A program made the position numbers and the translations under genes. Shown here in pieces: positions 9,253 to 22,218 of a stretch of 64,000 nt of DNA. Source of the stretch: Candidatus Aminicenantes bacterium (GTDB lineage: Bacteria; Acidobacteriota; Aminicenantia; Aminicenantales; JAFGBC01); the NCBI GenBank assembly GCA_963702005.1, contig OY969696.1:2528001-2592000 (forward strand), given 5' to 3'. The notes under the pieces are model-generated. The model saw only the letters and a program-made list of their open reading frames with translations, did not search any database and was not told where the DNA came from. Numbering within the stretch: position 1 is the stretch's first letter; every line of letters starts with the position of its first letter.

Positions 9253-10103
9253 AGATCATCGAAACGATCGAGGAGATGCGGACGGCCGTCCGCGATTTCA
9301 AATCCGCCGGGCCGACAGTCGGGTTTGTCCCGACCATGGGCTATCTCCATCAGGGGCACCTGAGCCTGGTTCGGGCATCCCGGGCGAAAACGGACCGCAC
9401 CGTGGTCAGCATCTTCGTCAACCCGATTCAATTCGGTCCCGCAGAAGACCTCGACCGCTACCCGCGGGACCTCGGCCGGGACCGGGCCCTGCTCGAGAGG
9501 GAGGGCGTCGACCTGCTCTTCCATCCGGCAACCGAAGAGATCTACCCGGCCGGTTTTAGGACGACGGTCGAGGTCCGCGACCTCCAAGACCGCCTGTGCG
9601 GCGCGTCGCGGCCCGGCCATTTCCGCGGCGTTTGCACGGTCGTCATGAAGCTTTTTCAGATCGTCCGACCCGATGTCGCCTTTTTCGGCCAAAAGGACGC
9701 CCAGCAGGCGGTCATCATCAGGCGGATGGCCCGGGACATGGACTTGGACCTCGAGGTTGACGTCCGGCCCACGGTCCGCGAGCCGGACGGGCTGGCTATG
9801 AGCTCGCGGAACAGCTATCTCTCGGCCGAGGAGCGAAAGGCTGCCCGCGTCCTGTTCCAGGGCTTGGAGTTGGCGAGGGCCATGGCCGAAGCGGGGGAGG
9901 AGGATGCCGCCGCGATTGTCGACGCGGTGCGCGGACTCGTCGGCCGGGAACCGCTCACCCGGGTCGATTACGTCGAGGTCGTCGATCCCGAAGAGCTCGT
10001 TCCGCTCGGCCGGATCGCGGACGAGGCCCTGGTGGCCCTGGCCGTCTTCGTCGGTACAACCCGTCTCATCGACAACGCCGTCATTCGTCCCAAGGAGTCG
10101 TGA
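9249..10103 (+). CDS. panC: Pantoate--beta-alanine ligase
   Basis: GFVPTMGYLHQGH, SIFVNPIQF, RPGHFRGV, FGQKDAQQ, RLIDN. Confidence 0.97.
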   Translation: MKIIETIEEMRTAVRDFKSAGPTVGFVPTMGYLHQGHLSLVRASRAKTDRTVVSIFVNPIQFGPAEDLDRYPRDLGRDRALLEREGVDLLFHPATEEIYPAGFRTTVEVRDLQDRLCGASRPGHFRGVCTVVMKLFQIVRPDVAFFGQKDAQQAVIIRRMARDMDLDLEVDVRPTVREPDGLAMSSRNSYLSAEERKAARVLFQGLELARAMAEAGEEDAAAIVDAVRGLVGREPLTRVDYVEVVDPEELVPLGRIADEALVALAVFVGTTRLIDNAVIRPKES

Positions 10104-10107
10104 GATC

Positions 10108-10464
10108 ATGAAACGAACGCTGCTCAACTCTAAAATACACCAGGCCGTCGTCAGCGAAGCCGACCTCGAATACGAGGGAAGCCTCAAGGTCGACGAAGGC
10201 CTTCTCCAGGCCGCCGGGATGATTCCCTACGAACGGGTCGAGGTCTACAACCTGACGAACGGCGAGCGGTTCGCGACCTACCTCATCAAAGGGGAGAAAG
10301 GATCGGGGATCATTTCCGTGAACGGCGCGGCCGCCCACAAAGCCAAGCCCGGGGACCGGATCATCATCACGACCTATGTCCAACTCGAAGAGGACGAGAT
10401 CGAATTCTTCATGCCGCGAGTCGTCCTCGTCGATCCGGACAACCGCGTCTCGGAGATCCGCTGA
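10108..10464 (+). CDS. panD: Aspartate 1-decarboxylase
   Basis: SKIH, YEGS self-cleavage site, NGERFATY, NGAAAH. Confidence 0.95.
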   Translation: MKRTLLNSKIHQAVVSEADLEYEGSLKVDEGLLQAAGMIPYERVEVYNLTNGERFATYLIKGEKGSGIISVNGAAAHKAKPGDRIIITTYVQLEEDEIEFFMPRVVLVDPDNRVSEIR

Positions 10465-10487
10465 GGAGCCCGGGCCGGGCCTGCCCG

Positions 10488-10766
10488 TCAGCGGAGCGCC
10501 CAGGCCTTGAGGACCTCGTAGTCGACCTCGCCGCAAAGGAGGTCGTTCGTCTCGGTATTGAGGAAGGTCGGAGTCCGGAGCTGGCCGCCGCATTTGGGCG
10601 CGATGACGGTCCTGTAGGACCTCATCAGGTCGGCGTTTTTCTCGTCGTGCCAGATTTCGAGCCGCTCCGGGGCGACGCCGGTTTCCTTCTCGAGCCGGTC
10701 GACCAAGGGGAGCATCCTCTGGCAGTGGGGGCATTCCCGGGCGTAAAAGAGGATAAGCTTCTTCAT
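10488..10766 (-). CDS. Thioredoxin/glutaredoxin-like protein
   Basis: FYARECPHC motif; 92 aa. Confidence 0.85.
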   Translation of the reverse strand: MKKLILFYARECPHCQRMLPLVDRLEKETGVAPERLEIWHDEKNADLMRSYRTVIAPKCGGQLRTPTFLNTETNDLLCGEVDYEVLKAWALR

Positions 10767-10770
10767 GGTC

Positions 10771-11199
10771 TTACCTCCTGACAAAAAGCCCGCACCAGCA
10801 TTCTCCGGCCGCGCGCCAGGTGTCATGGGCCAGGAAATTACAGGGGCAGACCATCTTGAGATCCTCGGCCGGGTCCTTGCAGATAAGCCGGCAGGGACAA
10901 TACTTCAGGCCGTAACGGCGTTCGTTGGCGAAGATCCCCTCGAGGAGCATCCGGACCTTCTCCTCGTCGGGAGAGACATGAAACTCGTTGTCCCGGGCGA
11001 AGGCCTCAATCGCGGCGCGAAACTCGGTCGGCCCCATGGCCGGGACCCGGGCGGCCGCCATCGCGTCCGCCATGATCTTCGCCTCGGCCGCCGTGACCTC
11101 GACGTAGGCGTTCCGGACCAGGCAGGTCGGGCAGACCTCGGGGGGACGGAGCCCGACGTGGATGTCGTTGCAGACGAAACAGCGCCAATACCGCTTCAT
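10771..11199 (-). CDS. Rubredoxin-like + ferredoxin:thioredoxin reductase catalytic subunit fusion
   Basis: N-terminal WRCFVC...CPTC; C-terminal YCPCR...CPC...ECWCGLFV. Confidence 0.85.
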   Translation of the reverse strand: MKRYWRCFVCNDIHVGLRPPEVCPTCLVRNAYVEVTAAEAKIMADAMAAARVPAMGPTEFRAAIEAFARDNEFHVSPDEEKVRMLLEGIFANERRYGLKYCPCRLICKDPAEDLKMVCPCNFLAHDTWRAAGECWCGLFVRR

Positions 11200-11212
11200 G
11201 GCCCCTCCTAGG

Positions 11213-11926
11213 TCATAAAGACTCGAGGAAGGCCAGCAGATCCTGGATCTGCTCTTCGGACAACGTATTAAAGGGAGGCATGTTTCCAATCGGACGGATA
11301 AGCTGGGATCGGACGTTATCCAGGGTCGCCGGCCTTCCGCTCGCGGGGAGCTTGTCTTTCTTGAGGATACCCTTGAGCCCTGGACCCGCGGCGGACGCCT
11401 CGTTTTGGGCATGGTGACAGCCCGCGCAATGAGTCGCGAACAAGGCGGCGCCCCGCCGGGCGGTATCCTGGAGGCGGGCAGGATCGCCCGATAGGACCCG
11501 GGTCTGCCGATGGAGCGGAACATTTCTTACGATGGTGAATCCGGCCGAGAGACAGAATATGAGAAAGGCCAGAAAGAATACCGTCATCCCCATGACGGGG
11601 ACGTGCTTAAGGAATTGACGGTAAAACCTGATAAACAAAACCTTTAAAGTCAGGATCGCGACAAGAGCGAGCCCCAGAACCGCATGAAGGACTCCCCGCA
11701 GCGGAAGACCGTCCCCGGCCGCGCGGACGATCTTGGCGCCGAGCAAGGCCAGAATCAGGAAGAGGACGGCGAAGATGAACCCGGCCGTCCTGTGGATTCT
11801 CCTCAGGACGAGGGGATCGGTCTTATGTTCGGCGCGCCCCATCAGACTCAGCATGGACAGCAGGGCGGTTAAGCCCGCCGTCATTAGGACCGTCCCCAGA
11901 ATGAGTTTGATGACATGGAGGGACAT
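11213..11926 (-). CDS. Membrane-anchored c-type cytochrome (4 TM segments + monoheme domain)
   Basis: Hydrophobic helices with His residues, CAGCH heme motif, GPGLKGI, MPPF axial Met. Confidence 0.85.
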   Translation of the reverse strand: MSLHVIKLILGTVLMTAGLTALLSMLSLMGRAEHKTDPLVLRRIHRTAGFIFAVLFLILALLGAKIVRAAGDGLPLRGVLHAVLGLALVAILTLKVLFIRFYRQFLKHVPVMGMTVFFLAFLIFCLSAGFTIVRNVPLHRQTRVLSGDPARLQDTARRGAALFATHCAGCHHAQNEASAAGPGLKGILKKDKLPASGRPATLDNVRSQLIRPIGNMPPFNTLSEEQIQDLLAFLESL

Positions 11927-11937
11927 GGCCGACCTCG

Positions 11938-16021
<4,084 letters not shown>

Positions 16022-16240
16022 TTGTCTATTTTTAACAAAAACACCCCGCCTTGTCAATTTGGCCGGGGGCCGGAGAAGGTATTCCGCCAAAAACCGCCCG
16101 ATCGGGTTGTATCCCTTTTTTAATTTTCCCGTGATAGTCGACCGAACGAGTCTCATATTCCTGCAGGAACTGCTTGAGATGATGGAACAGCACTCGATAG
16201 AGGACGGTCCGCGCCTAGGCTTACCTGAGCCCGTAAAATC

Positions 16241-16270
16241 TTGACAAAAGGCTTAATCTGTAAGCATAAT
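16241..16270 (+). promoter_or_regulatory. Putative sigma70 promoter of the LTA-synthase-family gene
   Basis: TTGACA-18bp-CATAAT. Confidence 0.5.
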
Positions 16271-16357
16271 CACCGAATAAGTCAAGGCGAGCAATGGAAA
16301 TGCCAGACAGTCATGTGACCAGCGGTGTCCGGTTTTGAAGCATGATAAGGGAAAAAA

Positions 16358-18529
16358 GTGTCAAAAGAAAAAACGGTTTTTCCTTTTGTGCTCATCACGT
16401 TCTCCATTTTCCTTCTATTCTTCCTCAGCATAAGAATTTATCTCGTTTATTCAGGAAATGTTCCAGGAAGCTTCTCGTTTTCTGAAGTCCTGGCCGGTTT
16501 CCTGGAAGATGTTTTTTTGGCTTCCGCCTTGTCTCTTTCAACCCTTCTGACGCTCTCCCTAAGCAAGGCCCTCTATCTTCTGCTCGTTTTTCCCCTGAAC
16601 TTGATCGTCGTCATAACCTGCTATGCAAACCTCCAGTATGTGAATTTTTTTGGAGAAAACCTCGCGTTGTTTGATCTTGAATATATCAGGAACCTCGGCA
16701 GCGTCTGGAAATTTTCGTTGAATCACATTTGGATTCGACGGGGAGAACCCTTCTTTCTCATCCTGCCCCTTTTAGCGATCTTGGCCGAGCTTGTTGTATT
16801 GCTGAAAACAAAGATCAGAAAATATCCGGCGGCGAAATTTCTGATTTTATCATCGGCCTTGCTCGGCCTTTCGCTAGCGACATTTTGGGGAGGAGAAGCC
16901 CTGGCCAATAAAGAGAATAAACTGGGTTTTCATCAGAACAATTATTTTGTGGAGATGATCAAGGGGATCCCTCGTCTTCGTAATTTCATCAAGGCTCGCC
17001 AGGATATCAAAAAGCTTAAAATAATAGCCAAGGAGCAAGAAACGAGCCCGGGTCATCAGGAGGCGTTGAATCACAATCACGAAGAATTGAGCCTGGGAAA
17101 ATTATATCTGAAGGAACGACCCGTCCCTCTTCCCGAGGATTATGTTTGGTATAGTGAAAATTATCCTTTTATCAAGATTCCCAGAAGAGACGCCGTCCGT
17201 ATGGGTCTTTTATCCGGAGGCGAAGAGGCCGATAGGACGGCCTTCCGCACTCCAACCAAGCTTGTCCGCAACGTTGTTTTTATTTTCATGGAAAGCTTCC
17301 GCTCCAAAGAGATCGACCTGTTTGGCAGCCCTTATTCTCTGACCCGTTCGCCGACGCTAAGCCCTGCCTTTCAAGGCGGGGATGAGAAGCGAGGCTCAGG
17401 GTTAACCCCTAACAAGCCCCGGCCTTCAAGCCGGGGAGTCGAGGGGTTGACTCCTAATTTTGACGCTCTAGCTTCTAAGGGTATTTTATTCAATAATTTT
17501 TATGGACATTCCGATTTAACCGCCGGCGCGGAGTTCTCAACGATATGTTCCTTCTATGAAGTCTTCAAAGGAATCGATGCCATGAGGGGTCATCCCCAGG
17601 ATGCCCTTTTTTCTTTGCCGGAAATATTGAGTCTCCTCGGATACACAAATTACTGGATCAATTCCTGGTCGGCCGATTTCGATAATTCCAGGAATTTTTT
17701 CAGCCTCCATGGCAATTTCCAGTTCGTCGATAAATATGCTTTTCCCCTGAATGCAGCGAAGGCGGGGGGGCATTATGATGATGAAGAAATTATGAAGATG
17801 GCCGTCGAAACTATGGATAAAGCCCGGAGACCGTTTTTTGCCATGATCTTGACGGCCACCAATCATATGCCCTACCGGGTGCCGGAAAAGAAATTTGAGC
17901 TCGGGCTGGGGGACGGTCTTTTCAGCCGCTATTTGGACACCTTTCATTATTCAGATTACGCCTTGGGCCGTTTTTTCGAGCTGGTTCGAAACAAAGATTA
18001 TTTCAAGAACACCCTTTTCTTTGTATTCGCGGACACGGGCGATAATCGATCGATCAAGGCCATGAAATCGCTCCCTGAGTACTTCGAGAATATTTATCAT
18101 ATTCCCCTTCTGATCTATGATCCTTCGGAGGAAACAGGAAGGGTCGTTAAGGAAATCGGCGGCCAGGTGGATATCGCTCCGACCGTTTTGGACCTGCTGG
18201 GGATACAAATCGCCACTCCTTTTGTCGGGCAAAGTCTGTTGCAGAAAAGAATGACTCCCTTTTATTTATCCTATCACGGCCGGGACAATCCCTCCGTATT
18301 TTTTTCTAGTGAATCTTTGCTCTTACGCTATAACCTTGAAAATGAACAGTGTGAGGCATTTGATCGGAAGAACGGCGAAAGAGTCGATTTAAGCCCGAGC
18401 GAACGCCAGAAAATTATTTCCACGATCAGGGAGATGGTCACATTGGGGGATTGGTCATTTTTTAATGACAAGATCTGGGATCCCAAAATCAATCAATTTT
18501 ACAAGAACCTCTATAAAAAAGGCTCCTAG
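16358..18529 (+). CDS. LTA synthase family / sulfatase-like membrane protein carrying a 36-aa in-frame insertion
   Basis: N-terminal TM segments, NVVFIFMESF, TPNFDALA, TATNHMPY, YSDYALG, QVDIAPTVL; AT-richer than flanks. Confidence 0.88.
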   Translation: MSKEKTVFPFVLITFSIFLLFFLSIRIYLVYSGNVPGSFSFSEVLAGFLEDVFLASALSLSTLLTLSLSKALYLLLVFPLNLIVVITCYANLQYVNFFGENLALFDLEYIRNLGSVWKFSLNHIWIRRGEPFFLILPLLAILAELVVLLKTKIRKYPAAKFLILSSALLGLSLATFWGGEALANKENKLGFHQNNYFVEMIKGIPRLRNFIKARQDIKKLKIIAKEQETSPGHQEALNHNHEELSLGKLYLKERPVPLPEDYVWYSENYPFIKIPRRDAVRMGLLSGGEEADRTAFRTPTKLVRNVVFIFMESFRSKEIDLFGSPYSLTRSPTLSPAFQGGDEKRGSGLTPNKPRPSSRGVEGLTPNFDALASKGILFNNFYGHSDLTAGAEFSTICSFYEVFKGIDAMRGHPQDALFSLPEILSLLGYTNYWINSWSADFDNSRNFFSLHGNFQFVDKYAFPLNAAKAGGHYDDEEIMKMAVETMDKARRPFFAMILTATNHMPYRVPEKKFELGLGDGLFSRYLDTFHYSDYALGRFFELVRNKDYFKNTLFFVFADTGDNRSIKAMKSLPEYFENIYHIPLLIYDPSEETGRVVKEIGGQVDIAPTVLDLLGIQIATPFVGQSLLQKRMTPFYLSYHGRDNPSVFFSSESLLLRYNLENEQCEAFDRKNGERVDLSPSERQKIISTIREMVTLGDWSFFNDKIWDPKINQFYKNLYKKGS
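17340..17451 (+). mobile_element. Non-autonomous palindromic element (IS200/IS605-type hairpins), copy B, in frame inside a CDS
   Basis: TGAC|CCGTTCGCCGACGC-AAGCCCTGCCTTTCAAGGCGGGG-...-AAGCCCCGGCCTTCAAGCCGGGG-AGTCGAGGGGTTGAC; near-identical to 46003-46114. Confidence 0.88.
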
Positions 18530-18556
18530 AGATTTCCGTTTTCAGGGAGGATTAGA

Positions 18557-19609
18557 GTGAAAACTTTGATAAGATTCCTGACCGTGGCCTTAATGGTTGC
18601 GGCCCTGGCCGCCCAGGACGTTCGGCCAATCCGCGATGATGTCGGCTTTTGCTGGAACCCGGCCAGCATGCAAAAGCTCGTGGACTATCTCCAGTGCGAG
18701 GAGAAAGAGAGCTATGAAGCCGAAGGACTGCTGGCCGCCATTGTTCCCCATGATGATTACCTCTACGCCGGCCGCGTGTACTATCCGCTGTATAAGGTTT
18801 TAAGGGCCAAGGAAGTCGTCATCTTCGGAGTTACCCACGCCACGGTCCGCAAGGAGATCGGCGACCCGCACAACATCCTGATCCTGGACGAGTTCAAGCT
18901 CTGGCAGGGCCTGAACGAGCCCCTCGCCATTTCCGAACTTCGGGAATACCTGAAGGAGCATCTGGATAAGTCGACTTATTTGGTCAACAACAAAGCCCAG
19001 ACCATCGAGCATTCGATCGAAGCTCAGGTCCCCTGGCTCCAATATTTCAACCCCGGCATCAAGATCACGCCGATCATGGTCACGGGCATGCCCTTCGAGA
19101 AAATGGACGAGGTCTCAACAAAGGTCGCAGAAGTCATCGCAACCTACCTTAAAGAGAAAGGACTCGTCGCGGGCAAAGATGTTTTCTTTTTGATCTCGTC
19201 CGACGGCAATCATTATGGCCAGGACTTCAACAACTCACCCTTCGGCGAGGGCGAGCTTGCCTGGAGAACGGCCCGGGAGCTCGACCAGAGGATCATCCGT
19301 GATTATCTGACGGGCATCATGGATAAGGGCAAGGTCGAGGGACTGACCAAGGAACTCTGGGGCAAGACCTATCTCGATTATCGCAACACCTACTGGTGCG
19401 GCAAATACTCGATACCCTTCGGCCTCCTGGCGACCCAGAAAATCATCAACCTGACTATGAACAAAAAAATCGGCGGAACGCTGTTCCGGTACTCCGATAC
19501 TTACAACGAGGGCGTGTTACCGCTGACAAAGACCGGAATGGGAACGACCGCGCCCTTCTCGCTGCGCCACTGGGTCAGCTTCTGTTCCATAGGATATTAT
19601 TTAGAGTAA
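18557..19609 (+). CDS. MEMO1 family / AmmeMemoRadiSam system protein B with signal peptide
   Basis: IVPHDDYLYAG, FGVTH, EHSIEAQVPWLQ, ISSDGNHYG, WCG. Confidence 0.85.
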   Translation: MKTLIRFLTVALMVAALAAQDVRPIRDDVGFCWNPASMQKLVDYLQCEEKESYEAEGLLAAIVPHDDYLYAGRVYYPLYKVLRAKEVVIFGVTHATVRKEIGDPHNILILDEFKLWQGLNEPLAISELREYLKEHLDKSTYLVNNKAQTIEHSIEAQVPWLQYFNPGIKITPIMVTGMPFEKMDEVSTKVAEVIATYLKEKGLVAGKDVFFLISSDGNHYGQDFNNSPFGEGELAWRTARELDQRIIRDYLTGIMDKGKVEGLTKELWGKTYLDYRNTYWCGKYSIPFGLLATQKIINLTMNKKIGGTLFRYSDTYNEGVLPLTKTGMGTTAPFSLRHWVSFCSIGYYLE

Positions 19610-19688
19610 AAAGCAAATTCCCGGTCGTACGCTTTCTCGGGTTGAAAAAGAATAAGCTGCCGGCTGAACGCAATAAAGGGATCAAAGA

Positions 19689-19760
19689 TTTGTCCTTTGT
19701 CGGGCTGGCCGTACTTCCCTATGAAGCGGCCAAGGCCGTTTGGTATCTTCTGAGCCTTTG
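19689..19760 (+). pseudogene. 72-bp orphan duplicate of an internal segment of the GT87 gene (22410-22481)
   Basis: Encodes FVGLAVLPYEAAKAVWYLLSLC versus FVGLAALPYEAAKAVWYLLSLC; about 5 mismatches by eye. Confidence 0.9.
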
Positions 19761-19884
19761 CCTCGATTTTTCAATTCGTTGACATTTCCAATCGGCCGAT
19801 AATATATTAGGAACGACTCAGGCAACCTGAATACCGAGTTCAAAGAGATGAATTTATTGCTATGATAAATCGGAGGAAACAGCG

Positions 19885-21006
19885 ATGAAAGTCCCATTTT
19901 ATGGTCACGTGAGACAGTACCAGAGCATCAAGAACGAAATTGATGCCAAAATACAGGATGTCATTATGAGCGGCCAGTTTGTGCAGGGCCCCATGCTGAA
20001 AAAGTTCGAAGAAGAGCTTGCGGCCTATGCAGGCGCCAAGTACGCCATCGGCGTCGGCAACGGCACCGATGCCCTCTGGCTCACCTTCATGGCTCTGGGC
20101 CTGGGCCAAGGCGATGAGCTGATTACCAACGCCAATACCTTCTTTGCGACCGCAGAAGCGATGTGGATCGCCGGTTGCAGCGCCGTGCTGGTTGACTGCG
20201 ACCCGAAGACCAAGTGCCTCGATCCGGAAGCGGCCCGAAAAGCGGTCAGCAAGCGCACCAAGGCCATCGTGCCGGTTCACCTGTATGGCCAGTGTGCTCC
20301 GATGCGCGAGATTCGCCGGATTGCCGACGAATACGGCCTGTTCATAGTCGAAGACAATGCTCAGGGCATTGACGCCCACGGCGACGACTTCAAGATCGGG
20401 GAGCTCTCAGATGCCGTCACCGTCAGCTTCATCATCCAGAAGAACCTGGGCACCTTCGGTGACGGCGGCGCGATCTGGACGAACCATAAGTCTATCGACG
20501 ATAAGGTCCGCAAATTGCGCAATCACGGCTCCGCTAAGCGGGACGTGCACAGCTATGGTTTCAACAGCCGTCTGGACGACCTGCACGCCGGTATCCTGAG
20601 CGCGAAGCTCAAACATATTAAAGAGTGGAGCGACCGCCGGATCGATATCGCCAACAAGTTCACAAGCGGCCTAAAGGACTGCGCCTTTCTCGACCTGCCG
20701 TACATCCGGCCGGGCTATCGCCATGTGTTCCACCTGTACGTGATCGAAACCAAGAATCCGGCCGATCGCGACAAGCTGCTAGACTGCCTGGTCAAGAACG
20801 GCATCGATGCCAAGACCCATTACTCCATCGCAATTCATCGTCAGGATGGTTTCCCCTGGGGCAAGGATGCGCGCCTGGCCGGACCCCTGACCCATGCGGA
20901 AAAGAACGCCGCCTCCTGCATTTCGCTGCCGATGTTCCCGGAATTGACGGAAGAGGAAATCCAGTACACTATCCAGGTCGTTCGCGACTGGGCCAAGAAC
21001 AAGTAA
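19885..21006 (+). CDS. DegT/DnrJ/EryC1/StrS PLP aminotransferase
   Basis: GVGNGTDAL, PVHLYGQ, EDNAQ, SFIIQKNLGTFGDGG, NSRLDDL. Confidence 0.93.
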   Translation: MKVPFYGHVRQYQSIKNEIDAKIQDVIMSGQFVQGPMLKKFEEELAAYAGAKYAIGVGNGTDALWLTFMALGLGQGDELITNANTFFATAEAMWIAGCSAVLVDCDPKTKCLDPEAARKAVSKRTKAIVPVHLYGQCAPMREIRRIADEYGLFIVEDNAQGIDAHGDDFKIGELSDAVTVSFIIQKNLGTFGDGGAIWTNHKSIDDKVRKLRNHGSAKRDVHSYGFNSRLDDLHAGILSAKLKHIKEWSDRRIDIANKFTSGLKDCAFLDLPYIRPGYRHVFHLYVIETKNPADRDKLLDCLVKNGIDAKTHYSIAIHRQDGFPWGKDARLAGPLTHAEKNAASCISLPMFPELTEEEIQYTIQVVRDWAKNK

Positions 21007-21016
21007 AGAAGGAGCC

Positions 21017-22045
21017 ATGAGCACGGCACAAAAAACCTACACCGTTGCCATAGCGGGGCTGGGAAAGCGCGGTACGCATCATGCCGACGCGATTTCCAAG
21101 AATCCGCGCTTCAAGCTGGTGGGCCTGTGCGACATTGATCAGACGCGCCTGGACGCGGCTCGGCACAAGTTCGGGGTGGCTGATGGCCACAGGGACGCGC
21201 GCCGAATGCTGGCCGAGGCCAAGCCCGATGTCTTTGTCTTTTGCACGTTGCCGCAAATCCGGCTGCCGCTCATCCGGGCAGGAGCCGAGGCGGGCGTCAA
21301 GCTTATCGCTTACGAGAAGCCCATCGCCATGTCTGTCAACGAAGCCTTGGATATGTACAAGCTCCTCCGGGAGGCGGACGTTAAAACGGTAGTGAGCCAC
21401 CAGCACCGCTATGGACTCCACTATCAAAAGGTGAAAGAGATTATCGCCAGCGGCGCTCTCGGACATGTACATACTGTCTATGGGCACGCCACCGGCTGGA
21501 TGATGCATATGATGACGCACCTGATCGAATACGCCAGTTGGTACAACAACTATGCTCCCGCCGAATGGGTCATAGGCCAGGCCGCGGGCAAGGAAAAGTT
21601 CGCGGATGTGCACTCTTCGCCCGACTATATCGCCGCGCTGGTGCAGTTTACCAACGGCGTACGCGGCATCATCGAATGCGGCGCGGGCGCTCCCGATGTG
21701 CCCGAGGTGGAGGCCTGGTGGCGCAAGTGCCGCATCGGCGCACAGGGCACAGAAGGCTTTGCCGAAGTGCTCACCGGCGGCGGCTGGCGCGCAGCGACCA
21801 AGAAGGGCGTGATGTCGGGCCCCGGCGGCATGGACTACGATCATGACATGCCGCCCTACATCCAGGACATTGCCAGCTGGCTGGATGATCCGAACAAAGT
21901 CCATCCCTGCGACGGCGAGACCGCTCTCAAAGGATTTGAGATCATGATGGCGGCCTGCCGCTCGGCGGTGCAACGCGGTAAAGTGAGTCTGCCGCTCGGC
22001 CCGGGCGAGCCGGAGCTTGAGGCTCTCCAGAAGGCGTTGCCATAG
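21017..22045 (+). CDS. Gfo/Idh/MocA oxidoreductase
   Basis: VAIAGLGKRG Rossmann fold, EKPIA motif. Confidence 0.9.
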   Translation: MSTAQKTYTVAIAGLGKRGTHHADAISKNPRFKLVGLCDIDQTRLDAARHKFGVADGHRDARRMLAEAKPDVFVFCTLPQIRLPLIRAGAEAGVKLIAYEKPIAMSVNEALDMYKLLREADVKTVVSHQHRYGLHYQKVKEIIASGALGHVHTVYGHATGWMMHMMTHLIEYASWYNNYAPAEWVIGQAAGKEKFADVHSSPDYIAALVQFTNGVRGIIECGAGAPDVPEVEAWWRKCRIGAQGTEGFAEVLTGGGWRAATKKGVMSGPGGMDYDHDMPPYIQDIASWLDDPNKVHPCDGETALKGFEIMMAACRSAVQRGKVSLPLGPGEPELEALQKALP

Positions 22046-22218
22046 TTGTCCGAGTCCCAGTGCCGGCGGTCAGCATCCTGCGCTGATAAGCCCTCCCCAA
22101 AGTTCACCACCTCGGCCCTTGAGTGAAAGTAATTTCCTTTTCCATTGGTCTCTGCAGATCCCGGAGTTGGCTCTCCTACGGATTTGTCATATGATGTTTC
22201 GGTAAGATCAAGCGAACA

